Assembly: GCA_964490075.1 (NCBI GenBank)
Contig: CAZBBK010000065.1
Coordinates: 1 to 33,624 of the forward strand
From: an uncultured Gemmatimonadota bacterium
GTDB taxonomy: Bacteria; GCA-2686955
Direction: 5' to 3'
Length of the DNA: 33,624 bases
The notes beneath the pieces are model-generated. The model did not search any database. It had not been told where the DNA came from and worked only from the letters and a program-made list of their open reading frames with translations. The position numbers were made by a program, and so were the translations under genes. Below are positions 30,270-33,624 of this stretch, one piece after another; the first letter of the stretch is position 1, and every line of letters starts with the position of its first letter.

Positions 30270-30878
30270 TCAATCCCCGTGGGCGACCTGGAAGGCGGTG
30301 CGCTGGGAAAGCCTCGATACGTAGGCACCGAGCACCGGCTGATCCCCGAGCAGACCGCTGAGCCCGGCCCAGGCGCAAATCGACCCGATCATGACGTCGG
30401 CGGCGGTGAAACGGTTCTCGACCAGGTATTCCTGGTCGTGCAACGCTGCGGAGAGCACCTGCGCCGCCACCGCGAACTCCTCGCGCGCCGCGCTCACCTC
30501 GCTCTCGATGCGCTTCTCGGGCGGCAGAATGCGAGTGTGCAGAAAGGCCCGGTAGACCGGGGGCTCGGCCGCGCTGATTCCAAAGGCCATCCACTGGTAG
30601 TAGGCGCCACGCCCGGGAGAAGCGAGCGCCGGGGCCATGTTCTTCTCGACGAAGCGATCGGCCAGATACATGCAGATCGCGCCAGACTCGTACATGGTCA
30701 CGTCGCCGTCGACCAGCGCCGGCACCCGCAGTGTGGGGTGAATCGCCTGGTAGCCCGACTCGGCCCGCCCGCGGTGGGCACGGGGCAGGCGGATCAGCTC
30801 GTACGGGACGGCCATCTCCTCCAGCAGCCAGCGCGGCCGCATCGCGCGAGTCATCGGAACGTAGTAGAGCTTGATCAC
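30270..30878 (-). CDS. Glutathione S-transferase family protein
   Basis: KLYY...TRA.RPRWLLEE, VPALVDG..TMYESGAICMYL, FTAADV. Confidence 0.93.
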   Translation of the reverse strand: MIKLYYVPMTRAMRPRWLLEEMAVPYELIRLPRAHRGRAESGYQAIHPTLRVPALVDGDVTMYESGAICMYLADRFVEKNMAPALASPGRGAYYQWMAFGISAAEPPVYRAFLHTRILPPEKRIESEVSAAREEFAVAAQVLSAALHDQEYLVENRFTAADVMIGSICAWAGLSGLLGDQPVLGAYVSRLSQRTAFQVAHGD

Positions 30879-30958
30879 GGGTCAGCTTCCCCTTGGTCTG
30901 CAGCCATGCCGCCGAGTCCGCGATTTTGCGACATTCCGCCGCGCCGCGGCACCCACCG

Positions 30959-32314
30959 TCAATCGGGATTGGCGGGATCGGCGAACTCCATGGTCACGCA
31001 GTGCCAGGCCCCCCCGGATTCGATGATCACCTGGGCGTCGACCGAGTGGATCGTTTTGCCGGGCAGCAGCGCCTCGTGGAGCGCGACCGCGCTTGCGTCG
31101 TAGCCGATGCCGTAGGTCGGCAGGATCACCTCGTCGTTGACGATCAGCGAGTTGGTGTAGGTGCGCACCACCGGGAAGATGAAAAGCACGTAGTAGACGT
31201 CGGGCTGCCAGATCCGCACCACGTTCCAGGGATCACCGGCGCCGTTGGTGGAGTTGGCGAAGAGCGTCGCGGCGTCCTCGCAGACCTGGTAGTCGCGCTC
31301 GTCGGAATCGTACTGAGCGACCAGCACCGTGCTCTCGTCGACGATCTTCGTGAACATGTCGATGTGGCCGGTGCCGTCCAGGCTCGGATCCTCCGGGACG
31401 ATTGCCTGGGTGGCCGCGAACGCGCTCATGATCCTCTGGTCGACGACCGAATGCGCCACGCCACTGTTGCGCTCGTAAGTGCGCTGGGAGTAGGTCACGG
31501 TGCCGAGCCGATCGTGGTTCAGGTTGCCGCCCTCGGTGTAGAGCAGCTTGGCACCGCTCTGCCGGTTCATGACCGGGGCATTGGTCGCGCCGGCGACGAA
31601 GAGCGGCGTGTCGTCGTCCTTGGGCCGGTTGTTGTAGTAGTGGAAGTCGACCAGACCCCAGCCGTCGCCGCCGATCTCGTGCAGGAAATTGGGACCGTAG
31701 TCGCGGATCCAGACGGTCGAGGTCTCCTCGATGACCCAGCGCACGTGGCCGGCTCCGACGCCCTGGTTGGACAGATAGGTCTTGGCGGCGTCTTGCTGGC
31801 TCTGGTTGTTGGTCCACATGTAGATCAGCGCCCCCGAGCCGGACAGGGCGTCGACCATCTCGGAGTAGCGAACGCGCTGCGAGGCCCAGTCGAAGGGCCA
31901 GCGCATCAGCACCGCCTTGATCGGCTCGATCTCGGCGGCGGCGCGGAACTGCAGAGCCTCGGGCTCGACCTCGGGCGCGGCAGCGGCGACCACCGGCCGC
32001 ACGACACCTTCGAGCGGCAGGCCACACTTGGCGTAGACCGCCTCGACCAGCACCCTCCCCCGCTCCAGACTGAGCCCCAGCTCGGCGAAGCGACCGGCCT
32101 CGTCGAGGACCCGGACCAGCTCCGCGGCGCTGCGATCGGTGCGCGGCTGGGCGGGTGCCGCGGCTCGATCAACCCAGTCGAGCATCGCCGAGAGGTCGCC
32201 GTGGTGGGCGGCTTCGAGCGCCGTCCATTGCGCCTCGCCGGAAATCCGGGCGGCGTTCCCGGCGATAGGGAGCGCGGTCAAGGTGGCGACGGCAAGCAGG
32301 GCACGGTGCTTCAT
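30959..32314 (-). CDS. Secreted agmatine/peptidylarginine deiminase family protein
   Basis: Signal peptide MKHRALLAVATLTALPIAGNA; WIRDYGP, EGGN, GHIDM, YTN and GGAWHC catalytic motifs. Confidence 0.9.
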   Translation of the reverse strand: MKHRALLAVATLTALPIAGNAARISGEAQWTALEAAHHGDLSAMLDWVDRAAAPAQPRTDRSAAELVRVLDEAGRFAELGLSLERGRVLVEAVYAKCGLPLEGVVRPVVAAAAPEVEPEALQFRAAAEIEPIKAVLMRWPFDWASQRVRYSEMVDALSGSGALIYMWTNNQSQQDAAKTYLSNQGVGAGHVRWVIEETSTVWIRDYGPNFLHEIGGDGWGLVDFHYYNNRPKDDDTPLFVAGATNAPVMNRQSGAKLLYTEGGNLNHDRLGTVTYSQRTYERNSGVAHSVVDQRIMSAFAATQAIVPEDPSLDGTGHIDMFTKIVDESTVLVAQYDSDERDYQVCEDAATLFANSTNGAGDPWNVVRIWQPDVYYVLFIFPVVRTYTNSLIVNDEVILPTYGIGYDASAVALHEALLPGKTIHSVDAQVIIESGGAWHCVTMEFADPANPD

Positions 32315-32397
32315 GGGACGGGATCTCCGAGTCGGAGGGGTGGACGAGAACGGCGTCCCGTCGACGATAACCCCATTCCCGCGCTCGGTTTGGTGCG

Positions 32398-33441
32398 TCA
32401 GTCGGATTGCACCCGAATGGTGCCGGGGGGACCCGACTCGATCTCGCCGATCAGGGCGAAAGGCGGCGCTCCCGGCCGGCCATCCGCGGCCAGCATCGCG
32501 TCGACTCCTTCGGGCGGCAGCGCGACCAGGAGCCCGCCGGAGGTCTGGGCGTCCGCCAACACCAGGCGCTGCGCCTCGGAGAGGCGAGGGTCGAAGTCGA
32601 CGTGGGGGGCGACGTAGTCCAGGTTGCGCCGCGACCCGCCAGGCACCAGTCCTTCGGCGGCCAGCACGTCGATCCCGGCGAGGCGTGGCACCGCGCGCGC
32701 GTCGATCCGCGCCGCCACCCCCGAGGCCTGGGCGAGATGGTGCAGGTGGCCTAGCAGTCCGAAGCCGGTGACGTCGGTCGCCGCGCGGGCGCCGCCGGCC
32801 AGCGCCGCGTCCCTGGCCCGGTCGTTGAGGGTCAGCATCAGCTCGATGCAGGGCGCCAGGGCGCCCTCGTCGATGCGGCCCTTGCGGAAGGCCTGGGCGC
32901 TGATCCCGGAGCCGAGCGCCTTGGTGAGGACCAGGCGGTCGCCGGGGCGGGCGCCGGTCTGGGTCAGAGCGCGCCCGCCGACCGAGCCGAGCACCGCCAG
33001 TCCGTATTTCAGCTCCGGATCGACCACGGTGTGGCCCCCCACCACCGCGCAGCCGGCCTCGGCCGATTTCTCCTGTCCCCCCCGAAAGATGCGCTCCAGG
33101 AGCTCGAGTCCGATCTTGTCGTCCGGAAACCCGCAGACCGCCAACGCCGCCTGAGGCTCGCCCCCCATGGCGTAGACGTCGGAGAGCGAGTTGGCCGCCG
33201 CGATGGCGCCGAAGGTCGTGGCGTCGTCGACGATCGGGGTGATGAAATCGACCGTGAAGACCAGCTGAGAGCCGCCGGGCGCGGACAATAGGGCGGCGTC
33301 TTCCATGAATCCGACCGGCTCGCGGACCCATGGATGGGGAAAGGCCGCCATTCTTCCGAGGACCTGGACCAGGTCCTTGGCGCCGAGCTTGCGGGCTCAG
33401 CCTCCGGCGGGCACCAGATCTGTCAAACGGATCTTGCTCAT
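32398..33441 (-). CDS. selD: Selenide,water dikinase with selenocysteine at codon 15
   Basis: MSKIRLTDLVPAGG-(TGA 33399-33397)-ARKLG is in frame with ORF 32398..33351 (EDAA, TVDFITP, AANSLSDVYAMGG, GGHT, DVTGFGLLGH, DAQTSGGLL). Confidence 0.93.
33359..33377 (-). promoter_or_regulatory. Putative bacterial SECIS apical hairpin
   Basis: AGGACCUG-GUC-CAGGUCCU, a perfect 8-bp stem starting 19 nt 3' of the UGA. Confidence 0.75.
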
Positions 33442-33574
33442 GATTGGGGGGCTTTCTCGGGGCGCAAGCCTAAGCGATCACGCCCCGGAGGGCGACCGGA
33501 GGTTATCCTCGCCCTTACGAGCCGAGAGGCCGAGCTGCCCCGGTCTGGCGAATCCGCGCCCTAAGACTGCGGAC

Positions 33575-33624
<50 letters not shown>

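Overview
GC-rich bacterial chromosomal fragment; the taxon cannot be determined from the sequence. It ends in a 48-nt poly-G run that is probably an artefact. Left part: a frameshifted gene for a putative secreted protein running off the left edge; a divergent SOS mutagenesis cassette lexA-imuA-imuB-dnaE2 with a palindromic operator inside the lexA promoter; modABC immediately downstream; a ~220-nt structured intergenic element with four C-rich-loop hairpins (best candidate for an undescribed ncRNA); a FetAB-like ABC pair; yigZ. Middle: an MltF-like transglycosylase with two binding domains; a hypothetical protein, an NAD(P)-binding protein and a serine hydrolase; an SDR-thiolase-DUF35 trio; an amidase followed by an orphan MamK-like actin; uppS; a wHTH regulator/membrane protein pair. 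Right part: a decaying accessory stretch (Phd antitoxin, truncated VapC, frameshifted LVIVD-like gene); two copies of a palindromic MITE/REPIN-like element bracketing a UbiA-like membrane protein; AAA ATPase, GST, a secreted agmatine/peptidylarginine deiminase, and a selD with an in-frame UGA (Sec) and SECIS-like hairpin. All calls come from motif recognition by eye; no searches or folding programs were run.
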